Positions 13,201 through 26,028 of a stretch of 64,000 bases of DNA are shown here, in pieces. The notes below the pieces were generated by a model. That model worked only from the letters and a program-made list of their open reading frames with translations. It was not told the DNA's origin and ran no database searches. Source of the DNA: Antedon mediterranea. Lineage: Eukaryota; Animalia; Echinodermata. The stretch spans positions 14,615,432 to 14,679,431 of the forward strand of contig NC_092679.1 in assembly GCF_964355755.1 (NCBI RefSeq). Reading direction: 5' to 3'. Position 1 is the first letter of the stretch; every line of letters begins with the position of its first letter. The position numbers and the translations under genes were made by a program.

Positions 13201-15822
13201 CAGTGTCATGTGGTGTTTCTTTTGATGTCAAAACTGGTTTATCTTCATTAAGAGGTTGTATATCTTCTGATGACAATACATCTTTTGTCACCAACAGATC
13301 GCAATTAAAAGAGTCTGAAAGATGTCCACCAACACCAGATAGATTAAGAGATCCTTCTAGATCAGAGTGTATGCCAGTGTCCGAATGTTTAACAGATGTA
13401 TCAGATGAAGATTCACTTGAGTTATCTTTTTCACCTTGAATTTCCATTTCTTTTTTAGTTAGTTTATTTAAATTTCGATCAAACCTCTCTTCATTTTCAG
13501 TGTCACTACTTTGACATGGTGACTCAGAACGTCTACATTTCTTCTGTCTCTTTCTTAACTTCTTTGCAGGCTGAGTATTTTCGCTAGTAGATTCATCATC
13601 AGATTCACTTCCGCCACAATGTTCTAATGATGATTTTCTTTTCAGGTCTTCATGAATAACCAGATCCATAGAAATATCTTCAATACCTACAGCATTATCT
13701 TGAATGGCATGATTCACAGAGTCAGGATGAATTAGTGCATTGTCTTGTGGAATGTCTAAAATAGCACCATTGATATCAAAATTGTTTTGGAATTCACATG
13801 GATCAACTGTTTTGATTTCTGGGCTTGTTAGATTAGAAGGAATTATTGTCACAATAGTATTATCCATTGGTAGAATAGTGTCTTCATTGTCTAAACTATC
13901 ACAAGATATGTCTGACTCCATGCCATTAACCATCATATTTTCACCATTTAAATATTTTGATTCATTTCCATCATCATAAGAGAAAGCCTCTGTGTATGTA
14001 TTGGCATCTGGTTCTTCGTACAATTCTTCATCGTTATCTAAAGAATCTGGAAAATCATCAACTACAGAAGATTCTCCCGAAGGAACGTTTTGTTCTTCTT
14101 TAAAATCGTGTTCATCACTTCCATCTGAATATGGTACTTGAAGTCCTTGAAGCGTAACATCTTCCATTGACTTGGAACAACCAATGGCTGGCTGTCTTTC
14201 TGTTTCAATGTAATCAGAACAGTCAACAGGATTAATCCCTTTTGGAATAGATTTTAACAATCGATCTTTCATTGAAACATAAAATGACTCTGAATGCTTC
14301 TTCTTTCTTGGTGTCATATTCAATGGAGTTATTGCTTTTGGTTTTGTAATCTTTGGTTTGACATAATCGACACAGACTTTTTTTGGAGGTGAGACAATAA
14401 TTTGTTTCCGGCGTGTTTTACTTTCGGTTTTGAGTTCATTGTTTTTTGAAGAATCTACAGCGTTGGACGGACTAGTAATTGGGTTTCTTTCAGTGACTAT
14501 ATGTTTATTGCGGTCATCTTTTGAAGATTTAGAAAACTTTCTTGCATCATAAGAGGGTGAAGTTTTAGAGGAATGTTTATTTCTGGGTGTTCTTGGACTA
14601 TTGCTACCAACCTTTGATGATGGAATTGATTTGCTGGTTGTTGATGTATTTTCTGATATTTTTGGTGGACAATTAAATTTTATTGGTGCACTATTAATTT
14701 CCGGAGTTCTTCGCTCAGGACTTAAAGACTGCCTACCTCCTACTGGCGATGGTGTTGTATTACTGGGAGGTAATCCTTTTCTTAGCTGTGACTGATGATA
14801 CTCTTGAGACCTATCAGGTGGCTCTACCCAGTCACGGCCATATAATGGCCGGTCCTTTTTTTTAAGGTATTGAAATTTAGGCGTTTGTGATTTATAAAGT
14901 CTTGAAAATACACTGTCCTGTTTACCAGTTTTTGAATTATTTAAAGATTCATTTGATTTGCTCCGAGACATTGCAAGTTTTTCATTTGGTGTTGTAGACC
15001 TGATATTTTTTTTCTGAACATTTGGAGAAGTTCTCTTAATAGGTGGACTTGGACTCTTCCTATCATGGAGGGAAGATTTTAATCGTGCTGGACTTAATTT
15101 TCTAACATTGTCTTTTTTAACACCTGTAGCTAAATTCAACTTGTGAGAAATTTGTTGATCAGACTTTTTCAAAGTTCTGTTATTCTTTACTGGAGTACTT
15201 TGATTTTTAACTGGCATTCTTGCATTTCTTTCTGTTGTTTTAATGTTCTGTTTTTTATGGTATTTAGAGTTTTGACCAGGCGAACTGGTATGTTTCTCTT
15301 TTATTTTACTGTTTCCAGATGGAAGTGGTTTATTACTGTTGTTACAATTATTAACATTCAGTAAACTTCCACTGTTGCTGTCAGAATCACTTCTACCACC
15401 GATAGGACTGACACGATCCAGATTTGAACAAGAGCTTTCTCCAGAGAATGATCCAATTTCCTCAACTAAACTTTCAAGACTGTTTCTTGAAGAAAACCTC
15501 TGCCATGGAAATGTTATATTTTCAATGTCAGCTAATTTTGTCTCAGCACATGCAATAGCTTGACTTTGTTCATCCTGTTTTCGTTCTAAAGTTCTTTCTT
15601 TCTCATGTAATTGGGCAGCTGCTGCTTTTTGTGACTGCGTATATAAAAGTTCAAGTTGGGCAACTCTCTTTCTATCAACGTCAAGCTCTGTGAGATGTTG
15701 CGACATTTCTGAATCCATTGCAACAACTTTTGGCAACACACACGCATCAATAGCAGATGTCATTGCCTTTTTGGTAAGTTCATCTTTTAAGATTTGCAGT
15801 TCCTCTTTTAATTTTGCTTCTC
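7211..15822 (-). CDS. STARD9: Giant internal exon (8,612 nt, about 2,870 aa): coiled coil, basic disordered block, long acidic disordered tail, C-terminal coiled coil
   Basis: ORF 7157..15838; ttttcag acceptor at phase 1 and CAG|gtaaaa donor at phase 0 fit the flanking exons. Confidence 0.95.
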
Positions 15823-15909
15823 CTGAAAATATAAACAAAAACCGAAAGTGATTACAATCTAATGACGTCGTATGTAAAACAATGTATTCAGATTAATAAA
15901 TCCAAAGGA

Positions 15910-16050
15910 AAATACTGAAAAAATAACAATGCTGCTATGAATATCAGTGGCTGGATCTCAATGAAGATACAAATAAAATGAGCAAAAAAGCTAAATTAAA
16001 ACGATAAAGTAAAACAGCCAGAAAGAAATTGCAGAGCTTTTGGATAACTA
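15910..16050 (+). repeat. Dispersed repeat of about 130 bp, copy 2 of 3
   Basis: aligns with 5610..5748 in the same orientation. Confidence 0.8.
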
Positions 16051-16197
16051 TTATATTACTATGGACAATAAAATAATATCAGTAACACTTCAGTGCAAGT
16101 TCACAGATTTTACATATTTATATATATTTATAAAAACCAAATAAAACGATTTCCATATTAATAAACTAAATATAAAAAATAGAATCTAAAATATTAC

Positions 16198-16418
16198 CTT
16201 TCGCTTTTTCTTCAAGAAGCATCTCTCTCATTCTTTTGAGATCTTTTTCAGCCTCTTCCTTCGCCTGTGCATGTTCAGATCTTAATCTTTCCAATGTTTT
16301 TTTTTGCTTTTCTATCATTTCTTGATGACTTTGATAAATACGTCTCATCTTTTCTTCTCTTTCTTGGTGTTCTTCTTCAGCCACTCTCTGTTTTTCTTGC
16401 AGTTCTGCTAATTTTTTT
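16198..16418 (-). CDS. STARD9: Coiled-coil exon KKLAELQEKQRVAEEEHQ...LLEEKAK
   Basis: ttaaag acceptor, G|gtaata donor, 221 nt, phase 2-1; overlaps ORF 16166..16384. Confidence 0.92.
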
Positions 16419-16569
16419 CTTTAAATAATAAAAATATACTACATGTTATATATTCAGTTCATGAGCTTGAGCCAGAAGCATCCATCTATAATAAACACTA
16501 ACAAGATGATCTACTTTTTTTTAAACACAAAATACTGTAAATAAAGATAAATAAAATTAAAAGGTATAC

Positions 16570-16623
16570 CTGGTTTCATCAAGCTTTTCAACTTCAATTT
16601 TATGCTGTCGTTCAAGTCCAAGA
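16570..16623 (-). CDS. STARD9: Coiled-coil exon LGLERQHKIEVEKLDETR
   Basis: ctttag acceptor, AG|gtatac donor, 54 nt, phase 2-2. Confidence 0.88.
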
Positions 16624-17185
16624 CTAAAGAAAAAATGTATAATTAATATAATAAATGAGCTAAAACCTACATGAATATTCATTACAATCTAATCTAGCGT
16701 TTCAAATTCATTAGCTAACATCAACTAGTCGCGTTTAAATAAACCGAACAAGAAAACATAAGAATGAGTGGGTAGGTATAAGTATATTTTTGTCTTGTAA
16801 AGTTCTTTAAGACCAAGCTTTGTCAGCTAAAAATATATCGATTGTAAAACGCGAGATTACAACACAGGAAAAGCATGCAATTTGGAGAAACAATGAACAT
16901 AAACAACAACTTTATTAAGTACGATTTTATAATTTGTATTTAAACAAAAGAGTCGGTCTGGGTAAAAATAAAAAACAAAGATCAGAATATTTTTATTTGG
17001 ACGTGTATACAGAAGTGATGATGGTTTTCAATGATAAATTTGGGTGGAATTATTTTTCGCATAGAAATGGTCTTTCAGATTTTGTTGGCTAGTTCTCTAT
17101 ATTGGCTTGGGTTAACCACCCATTGAAATTCACACAGTTTGAACAATATGACATGCTTTAAAAAAAGCTTTATGAATAGAAAACT

Positions 17186-17633
17186 CATTTTCAAACTAAT
17201 TTATTGGATTGTATGGACTTCATAATACTGTAAGAATAAAAGATATTTGGTTTAACTCTGAGGGGCCTCAATTTCCCTCAATTCTAAGCGTCTATTGTAT
17301 CAACAAGTAAACAAGTGAAATTGTGAAAAAAGGTTACTTATTAATAAAAGCATTTACAATAAGTTGATTATACAAGATAAGCAAAATACAAAATGTGATA
17401 AATAAACGCTTGGAAGGCTTACATGTAGAATCAATACATAAGATGGTGCTATTAACAAAATAATGTGATACTGTACATGTTTACTGTATTAGGCCTACAA
17501 ATGTAAATTGTGTTGGTTATATTAATTCACTTATAATAATTTGGTTTGATATGAATAGAACACGCATTTTCAAACTAATTTATTGGATCGTATGGACTTC
17601 ATAATACTGTAAGAATAAAAGATATTTGGTTTA
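17186..17633. repeat. Local direct duplication of about 68 bp (17186..17254 and 17565..17633)
   Basis: cattttcaaactaatttattggat.gtatggacttcataatactgtaagaataaaagatatttggtttaa present twice. Confidence 0.85.
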
Positions 17634-18141
17634 ATATAGTTAATTTTTGGTTTAGATATATTTTCATGAAAGTGTAGGAACGTGTAAATGGGAAACATTT
17701 AGCTAAAGCTAAAAAAATGGATTGACTTTTTATTTGTTTTTAATTGTTTATAATATTAAATAAAACAGGTCAAACTTAAGATCCGCACATCGAAAGCTTA
17801 TAGTGAACAACAAAATACTATAAAACTAAGAAATTGCAAATAATATACCATATATTATTATTTATTATATTTGACTGCGACTTAAACCCACAAGTTCCTC
17901 TTTTTGTATTCCTCTTATTGGATTATTTTTTTTTAATGTTTTTATTCGTAAATTTATAGTAGAAAACATTTTCTATAATCTTGCCTTTTTCCTGAAAGAA
18001 ACAATTCTCCATCATAAAAAAAGTCCCCACTTCCCCCGCTCGACCCCTTTTCTAAAGTATGACCAACCAATTAACATAAACGTGTGAATTAAGCAAAATG
18101 GACACAATACACAGCGGACAGAATGCTAGCAATTAACTTAC

Positions 18142-18171
18142 TTCTCATAAACCTCCATATACACATCATCA
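18142..18171 (-). CDS. STARD9: Candidate 30-nt microexon (G)DDVYMEVYE(N)
   Basis: gcctcag acceptor, AA|gtaagt donor, phase 2-2 matching both neighbours. Confidence 0.55.
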
Positions 18172-18339
18172 CTGAGGCAAGTATCAAAAATATTAACAAT
18201 ATAATTTAATTTTAATTTAATAATGGAGTAAAGTTATTTTAATCAAGTAAAGTAATTATTAGTGTTACTATAGATCACTGTCACTTTATAGTTGCTTTTT
18301 TATCATAGTTAACATAAACAAAAAAACCAACATTACAGT

Positions 18340-18530
18340 CGGCTAAACTGGTGAGAACCATGAGAGACCATAGGTTTCCTTTGGTCCATGGTTCGAACCC
18401 ATTGCCGCTCTCTGTGTGTTCCAACTTGCGGGTTGGACAACATTTACATGTATATGGCGCACCATCTTTCGTATGAGACGTTAAGCCCTTGGTTCTGTTA
18501 AAGAACGCAGTACACTTCCAGTGTTTTTCC
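18340..18530 (+). mobile_element. Degenerate tRNA-derived SINE with a Deu/Nin-like central domain
   Basis: B-box ggttcgaaccc, then tctttcgtatgagacgttaagcc...taaagaac, resembling the Nin/Deu core as I recall it. Confidence 0.55.
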
Positions 18531-18649
18531 AGTAATTCACCACCAGAAGGACCTCACAGGAAACAAGTCTACAGACTTAAATATACTAAATATATTAATC
18601 TCAATTAAAGGTTTAGAATTGGCATTTGTAATAATCAAAATATTCTTAC

Positions 18650-18801
18650 CCTGAATTGTACATCATAATTGGAGACAATGCTGAATCAAAATTATTAAAA
18701 GAAGCATCGGCAGATGAGTTATGTTCTTTTTCTTCAATCAAGTTACCATCACGAGTAAAGGAGAATGACATAGACCGCTGCCGTGATTCTTCATTCAACG
18801 C
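18650..18801 (-). CDS. STARD9: Exon ALNEESRQRSMSFSF...SALSPIMMYNSG
   Basis: taatag acceptor, GG|gtaaga donor, 152 nt, phase 0-2; MMYNSG resembles KIF16-family MLYNPG (from recall). Confidence 0.88.
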
Positions 18802-18928
18802 CTATTACATTTATTTAACAAAATAATAAAAATAACATGTTACCTAATGTATGTATGGGTTACCAACTGTAACATGTAATCATTTTATTCCAATGTTTCA
18901 ATATCTTAGGAACAGTACTTTACTTTCA

Positions 18929-19221
18929 AGGGACAGCACTAAAATACACAATATTTTAGTACAGCAACATCCAATTGCTGTTGTAGAGTCTCTTCTGGGG
19001 CCCCAATAAGAATTTTAGCAGTCTCAATTGTTTTTATTCATTTTAATAATTCAGAATTATCAGAATAAGGTACAGAAGAAATTCCATTCAAACTGCCCAG
19101 TAATATAGACTGAATGTAGTACAGTATGCTGTAAAGACAATTTTTTCTAAGTAAAAATGTCTCAAATTCTATTGTTAGAGATATACAGTACATAAATGAT
19201 GGATCTTACAGTAGTGTCCCT
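18929..19221. mobile_element. Possible degenerate Kolobok-type MITE
   Basis: ends ttca|agggaca ... tgtccct|ttaa. Confidence 0.35.
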
Positions 19222-20344
19222 TTAAATTAAAGTTTCCTAGCAACTGTAAACAATCAAATAAAACGTGCAATTTTCCCAATATGATACAATCTACAACTTA
19301 CCTTAAATTAAGATTAATTGTAGGTTTTATCACCTACATTTGCACATCTATATCCAAATGAATTTTTCATCATTAAACTAATTATACCGCTTCTTACACT
19401 TACTTAATCAATATTATACTGTCCAAATAACAACTAGCAAGTGTCAGCCCACTCAATATGTGAACAAACATATCAATACGAGTTATTAACCAATAGTGGA
19501 CCATACATGAACCAATCATTATTTTATTGGTAGCAGCTATTGTAGTGGTCAAAGGCTTGGAAATCATCATTACAAATGAACGAGTTCATTATTATAATTT
19601 TGCAGGTGTTTTAGATAACGCTTTTGATGTCACCCGATTATTCAATTTTATATTACATTCCAAAGTGGCAACATTTTTAAAACTTATAATAATTTTATAT
19701 TGTAGGTTATAATACAAATTATTATTATTCATTAATTAAATATAATATCAAGAATATGAAAAAAACAATATTATTATGGTAGAGTAAGATGCATTTAAAG
19801 AAATAATAGGCACAGGCAACATGCTATAATTTTGCATATTATATTAAGTGTTAGCATTTTTTTAAAGTTGTTAGCTTTTTTTTGTGATGATGCAATACAG
19901 TATATTAGTTTACATTCCCAATAACAAAACAAAAATAGATATCTTATACCTCAATCAATAATAAACATCAATGTTTAAACAGGTTTATTTTAATAATCAG
20001 TTTGGTGGACAATTTAATATTTAATTATACATATACATAACTTACATTGTTGTTAAAGATATCTTTTTGTTTACTTCTAAAATAAATTTGCAGTTTTACA
20101 AAAAAAAATGTTAATTCACGCTTACAATTAGTACATTCAAGTACTGGCCGTTTTTAACTTAAATTTGAAAAATGTTGTTGGCAAAACCTTATTTTTCCAA
20201 GTGCCTTTTGTGTACTTTTACCAGAAGCATCCCTTCCTGTTTTTTTGTGGTATTATAAATATTTGAATGAAAATATTCAGAAGAAAAATTATTTGTAATT
20301 CCCGAAAACTATAAACCACGATTTATAACAGACACTTTACTTAC

Positions 20345-20383
20345 GCTGGAAGGAACTTTGAGAGTGATGCTATTCTTTCGAGT
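20345..20383 (-). CDS. STARD9: Candidate 39-nt small exon TRKNSITLKVPSS
   Basis: tttcag acceptor, AGC|gtaagt donor, phase 0-0, no stop. Confidence 0.65.
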
Positions 20384-20865
20384 CTGAAATGAATTAAATC
20401 CATGATGCAACATTCAAAATGGCTAATATCATGCTATTGTTATTTATAATAATCATGCTGACATTTAACACTATTATATAATACACAGAATTGTTTACAC
20501 AAGACAACATAAAGAGTACATAATTCTATGGCACAGCTATTGTATTAATACAGTAACTGTTTTGGAGTTTTAAAACGTATTGATATTTTAGATGTTGCAT
20601 ATGATTATAGACATGATTTAAACTTGATATTAAATTGAAGACTGGCATGAAGGAGGATAGTTCGTTCGTTTGTTCGTTTTTATTTCACAATGCATCAAAC
20701 TTAATATTTTTACATAATAAGTATTAAATAAAAAAATGCAAAGCCTGGAAAAGACCAAATAAGCTCAATATAGAGCTTTAAGCCTGGTTTCACCAGTACA
20801 AAATACACTAATAGTTGTATCAATTACAATAGACAATAATTAAATATTAATTAAAGTAGTAGAAA

Positions 20866-20871
<6 letters not shown>

Positions 20872-20897
<26 letters not shown>
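20872..20897. repeat. (AT)n microsatellite
   Basis: run of about 13 AT units. Confidence 0.9.
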
Positions 20898-20898
<1 letters not shown>

Positions 20899-22043
20899 TT
20901 TTTTATATTTTTTTTTTATACACAATTACGCTACAGGACAATACAAACACAACAAGAGGACCAACATAAAGGGTATAGTATATGTACTATCATATATACT
21001 TGCAGGAGGTAGTTGTGTTCACATTATAAAAAGTTAATCATGATGTAAATCATACTGTAGGCAAAGTTGGTTTTTATAAACTTGATAAACATGATAAAGC
21101 ATCATGATTAAAAAAACGGAAGCCAAGATTAAACCAGGAGGGCCCTGGTAAAATGAATTCATAGATCGATTTTTTTACCAATTAGCAATTTATCAACATT
21201 GGTAATATGTACACTACATCAGCAAATAAAACTCATAGTGGCTTTTACATTTCTATTTATATTAATTTTGTTTTCACATTAAGATTCTGTTTTATATGAA
21301 GCTAATCTACTTGGAGTATAAAGATGAATTATCTAGTCATTATTGTTTTGCTTTCAATAACATAAAGTAAAAATATAATAATTTAAAACAATGGCAATAA
21401 AGCAAACAATCTTTTGAATGCAAATTAATTGATAGCAAAAAGGAAGAAATTTTCTTGAGAAAAAAAAATGCTTTGATAAATCATCATTGTCTTTCTTAAA
21501 TGAAAATAAATTATGTGTAATAGGTAATTTCAATGTTTTATAGGAAAAAAAACAAAAAAAGTACAAACATAAGAGTTCAAATTACCTTGCCACATTGTTA
21601 AAATAACAATAGACAATTCTTTGGATAAAAATGCTGTTATAGTTATTACTATGAGTAGTGTAAACTTGCTCAAAATGTTCACTTTTGTTGTTCCCACAAA
21701 GAAAATAATCTAGATATTAATTCTATTAAGTGAAACATATTCGTCATCCTTATTGTACTGAGTTTGTATTGTTCAAGTACAACCCTCAGTGTACAGAAAG
21801 TGTTTATGAATATAGGACTTATCCAATGGATGGAAACTGTTTATTTTTGGCACGGTAATTTGTACTTTTAAGACACAAAAATATGCACACACTAAAATTG
21901 ATTAAAGACTACAAAACATAACAAATAATTTAAGTAGCATGGAACAAATACAATGATTGCATAGCATAAATGGGAGATTTTTTTTAGCAGAAACAAAATA
22001 GAAAGATTTAGCTGACAATGCACAATGTAAAGTTATCACTTAC

Positions 22044-22073
22044 AACTCGTTGCTCTGGGTTAGATTGTATAGA
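22044..22073 (-). CDS. STARD9: Candidate 30-nt microexon SIQSNPEQRV
   Basis: ttcttttttcttaatag acceptor, GTT|gtaagt donor, phase 0-0, no stop. Confidence 0.65.
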
Positions 22074-24079
22074 CTATTAAGAAAAAAGAACCCATTAACC
22101 TTAGTGGTAACATTTTGTACACAAAATGATTTAAAACATTAAAAAAAACATTTAATCAATGCAGTAGAAAAGTGTTTAAAACCTGATAAAATATGTTGCA
22201 CACAGAGAGTGGAATTGTGGCTTGGTGGTTATGATGTCCGGATTTTTTTCTAAGGACAAAATTACAACTCCACTCCCAAAGACTTGTAATAAGACTTTGT
22301 TTGTAGAGCATATTGTGTATATTTTTGTCTTGTGAATCTCTGAGGGTCCATAATGATCAGCAATTGCTGGATGGATCACCCTCATTAAATATGGTAAAAA
22401 AATGTAAGAAATAAATGTGACCAACCCATATGTGACTAATACTCAAATGAGGTTCTATACATTAAGGGAAGATAATGACAATGTGTACAGTAAGTGTGAA
22501 AATGACATTAATGATTGGCAATTATTATACCATTATCATTCAGGAACACCCCTATTGAGGGGACACTTTGTTGGGAACCGGGAAGGTGTCCCTTAATATT
22601 TAAGAGGTTCTTGTAGTGTATTGTGCTTAATTCATTTCATTAAATTGGGTTTCTGAAACTATGGTACCAATATCTACAAAATCAACTATTTAATGCAACT
22701 AATATTATATTTTAAATTAAATACCCAAAATGAAACATACAGTAGGATGAAAGGACATATATTATTTGCTACCATGAAAAAGGAATAATCTATATCTCTA
22801 CCCAATATACCCAAAATGCACTGTATGTAAACAAAATTATATAAGGGACTATATCGAACAATCATTGAAATGCTATAAAACTATGCAACCTCTATATCCC
22901 AATACTTTAATAACACATAACACAACTTGTACTGTATTTGAGAAGGCTATCATAAACAAACCAAATATTTTCCCTTAAAAAAAAACTTGAATGTGCATGA
23001 ATATAAAATAGTCTACTCTATCCATATTGTAATGTAAGATTCATAAATCATACTCTACCATCTGCTAACATATGGACTGTCCAAGAAACCATAAACATAA
23101 ATAAAAATGTAAACAAAAACAACTTACATTAAACAACCATGTTGAAATGTTAACAAGAAGCTTGGCACCTAATTGTACTATTGTTATAAATCCTACTATG
23201 TTCACACTACTAAGTTTGACAACAAAATAGTAATCATTTGTGAGGTGCTTACCGGTCATGGTCTAGTTGGCACAGTAGTTTGCTATCACCATGGGAACCA
23301 TTTATTTTTATAAAAGGACTTAACTGACTTGTAGGTCTACGACCCCAGGTAAAGACTAAACAATGAACAGTTGTAGGCCTACAATGTGTGACTATTTACA
23401 TAAACAATAAGACACTAAAAGAATTTAACTCCTTAATGTACAGATTCAGTCAAATTAGTACAAATTCTTTTTTTTTTTGAACATTCATAAATCTGTCAAA
23501 TTGCTGCAGGTGATTAGTTTGTAATTTACCATATTTAAAATTCAATAAACCACATGAGGACAAAAACTAACTACGGTAACTAACAATATGGTTGAGTGCC
23601 ATGATCCATAGCCAATTCATTGACATAGGCTCGTAGCTTGCTTGCTTCATGCATGAGGTATACAATTTTATACCTCCATGCTTCATGTGGTCAACCCACT
23701 CTAACTCGTACTCTTTGAAAATAAAACTCTTCCAAAACACAAACTCTTTGGTCTCAAGGTTTAAAATTCTCACTCACTACTGTATTTAAAATAGATTCTG
23801 AAATTCAAACTTTAGGGGCCAACCTAATTATGTTTGATTTACCAGAGTTGACTATGGTTAATAATCTATTTTTAGACATAATTAAACTTATTGTGCTTTT
23901 ACAAAGTGATTGGATAGGAGGTTAGTTAGGAGAATATATAATGTTGATGTTAGAGGGTCTGCAAAGCATTGTTGTGGTGGGATTAGGGGTGTAGCAGCAT
24001 GCCTATTTAGTGGTACTTAGGTTTTATCAAGCCCGACTTACCAATTACATACACATAAAATAATTAATTCAGTAATATA

Positions 24080-24237
24080 CAGTAGAACCACTTGGGGCAC
24101 CTCTAGTTTTTAACACCCATTAAAAAAAACAACAACAAGGGGACATATATTTTAACACCCACCACGGCCAAACGCCTATTCAGAGGATACCCCTATTAAG
24201 GGGACACTTTGTTAGGTCCCAAATAGGGGTAATACTG
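24080..24237. mobile_element. Tc1/pogo-type MITE; relatives near 22545-22615, 57406-57575, 62020-62124 and 62545-62610
   Basis: ta|cagta ... tactg|ta ends and internal ccctatt.aggggacac subrepeats shared among copies. Confidence 0.6.
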
Positions 24238-24296
24238 TATAACTTTATTTCCTGGAACAGAGTGTAAGTATTGAATTGATTTAATTATGTACTTAC

Positions 24297-24379
24297 AGCT
24301 CTTCTTTCCCTGAGTTTGGCCGCTTGAGCTGGATGGTTAAACCTGTACATGTTTGTCTTACCAAACAGTACCACAGCAC
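24297..24379 (-). CDS. STARD9: FHA end exon GAVVLFGKTNMYRFNHPAQAAKLRERRA
   Basis: attag acceptor, GCT|gtaagt donor, 83 nt, RFNHP motif. Confidence 0.95.
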
Positions 24380-24999
24380 CTAATAAAATAGTAAGTATAA
24401 TAATATTTACAGGAAAATAGAATAAATTATTTTATTTATTTTTTAAAATTTAATCTTGTGCCCATTTCACTTCTCTTATTTTAAAACTATGAATCTGTCC
24501 TGACCAATGACAAGCGGCAGTTTGAATAATCCATCGCTTATGATTGGTAAAATTGCATTACGTGGTACTTGTGTTGCATCTCTAGTTGGAACCAAGCATA
24601 AGTGACTAGACATAAAACTTTTGTCTGTCTATTGGGGCCGCAACTGTAATAAAACTGTGCTGGGATTGTATGCGGTAGTCTGTTGTTCTAAATACCAGTG
24701 TCTTATCATAGAAAGAATTAGTTCTAGTTTTCATCCTAATTAAGCATTTTATCAAGTTCATTTTCAAAGTGTTTCTATTTAATACTCTACTTTAGTCAAC
24801 AAGTGAAAAGAAATCATCTGTGAGGCTTCGTTGAAAATTTAAAACTAAACTAATATGTTTTTAAATAAGAAATAAATCATATTATATGCTTCAATGTGGT
24901 CTCTGAATGAATTCTTTTGAATAAACATATCCCTAATTATGTGCATTTATATAGTAAATGTAGGTAATCTATTATAAAAAAAATACTAAAATACTTTTA

Positions 25000-25851
25000 G
25001 GGCCTGTTTCTATAGAGCAGAGAATACGGTTTTGAATACCGTTCTTTTCAAGAACCGTTTTTTCTTGCCAGCAGAAATGGGTCCCCACAAAAAACCACAA
25101 AAAAGAACCGATCTTAAAAACGGTTTCAAAAACCCCAATTGATTGCGGTCTCGATCGCAAAGAACCGTTCTGAAACCGGTTTCCGCGGAGCAATTTTTAG
25201 CTGCAACACAATCGCGGTCTCAATTTGACCCCAAAAACTGAACTCTGCAGTCTGCTGCACTGGGATGATTGCGGTCAACTCGCAGTCAAACTCGCGCGAT
25301 AGGACCTAGGCCTAAGTCATTTTTATTTCTCTAGATATTAGTGAGTATTTTATTTAACTAAAAAATGTTGACCGATGCCATTACGAGGTTCGTAAAAAAT
25401 ATGTGAAGTAAAGAAGATTAGGGGACTTGTCGGGAGTCGGAAGAAAGACTCACGTATTATAGGCCTACATGTTTTTAAGAATATTGTAAAGCGTGTGAAA
25501 AATAGACGAGTTCAACTTGACAATATCAGAGGGTGCGACGTACCTATACTTTAACCAAGGACCACAATAACGTTTCAGGTAATAATTCCCCCTTCTATGA
25601 TGAAATGGATGCTATTTCTTGGGGATCGCGCTATGCGAAAAAAGTAAACATGACCTCGATCAAATCGCGCTTCCGCCTAACGAACTGCATTGTGGTGTAT
25701 ATAATGACGTCATTCATAACGAACGCACATGGACGGAACCGGTTTTATTGGAGTAAAAATTGAGCTGCAACGCGATCTTTATTTATAAACAACAGCCGAA
25801 ACCGGTTTCTAAAAAACCGTTCTTTTTTTATTTTTCAATAGAAACAGGCCC
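25000..25851 (+). mobile_element. Non-autonomous PIF/Harbinger element (852 bp) with a Myb/SANT-like remnant
   Basis: TIR gggcctgtttctat / atagaaacaggccc; perfect TTA TSD at 24997-24999 and 25852-25854; CpG-rich interior; peptide RRTYTLTKDHNNVSGNNSPFYDEMDAI. Confidence 0.85.
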
Positions 25852-25890
25852 TTAGAAGACGAAATTCAATGTATTTATTATTAGCCATAC

Positions 25891-26028
25891 CTTGAGTTAG
25901 TTGAATTGGTTGATTTACATCAATTCCATTGACAGCACTGAGAGCGCCCTCACAAGGACACAATGTTACCGTTCCTCCATTATTTTCTATTGTACAATGT
26001 TTTTGCTCAATAGCAGGACCACATAGTA
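25891..26028 (-). CDS. STARD9: FHA exon VLCGPAIEQKHCTIENNGGTVTLCPCEGALSAVNGIDVNQPIQLTQ
   Basis: ttttag acceptor, G|gtatgg donor, 138 nt, HC and VNG motifs. Confidence 0.95.

Noticed and set aside
6692-15563. Many plus-strand ORFs (60-146 aa) overlapping the large exons
   Set aside because: Antisense shadows of the long minus-strand reading frame, with no recognisable domains
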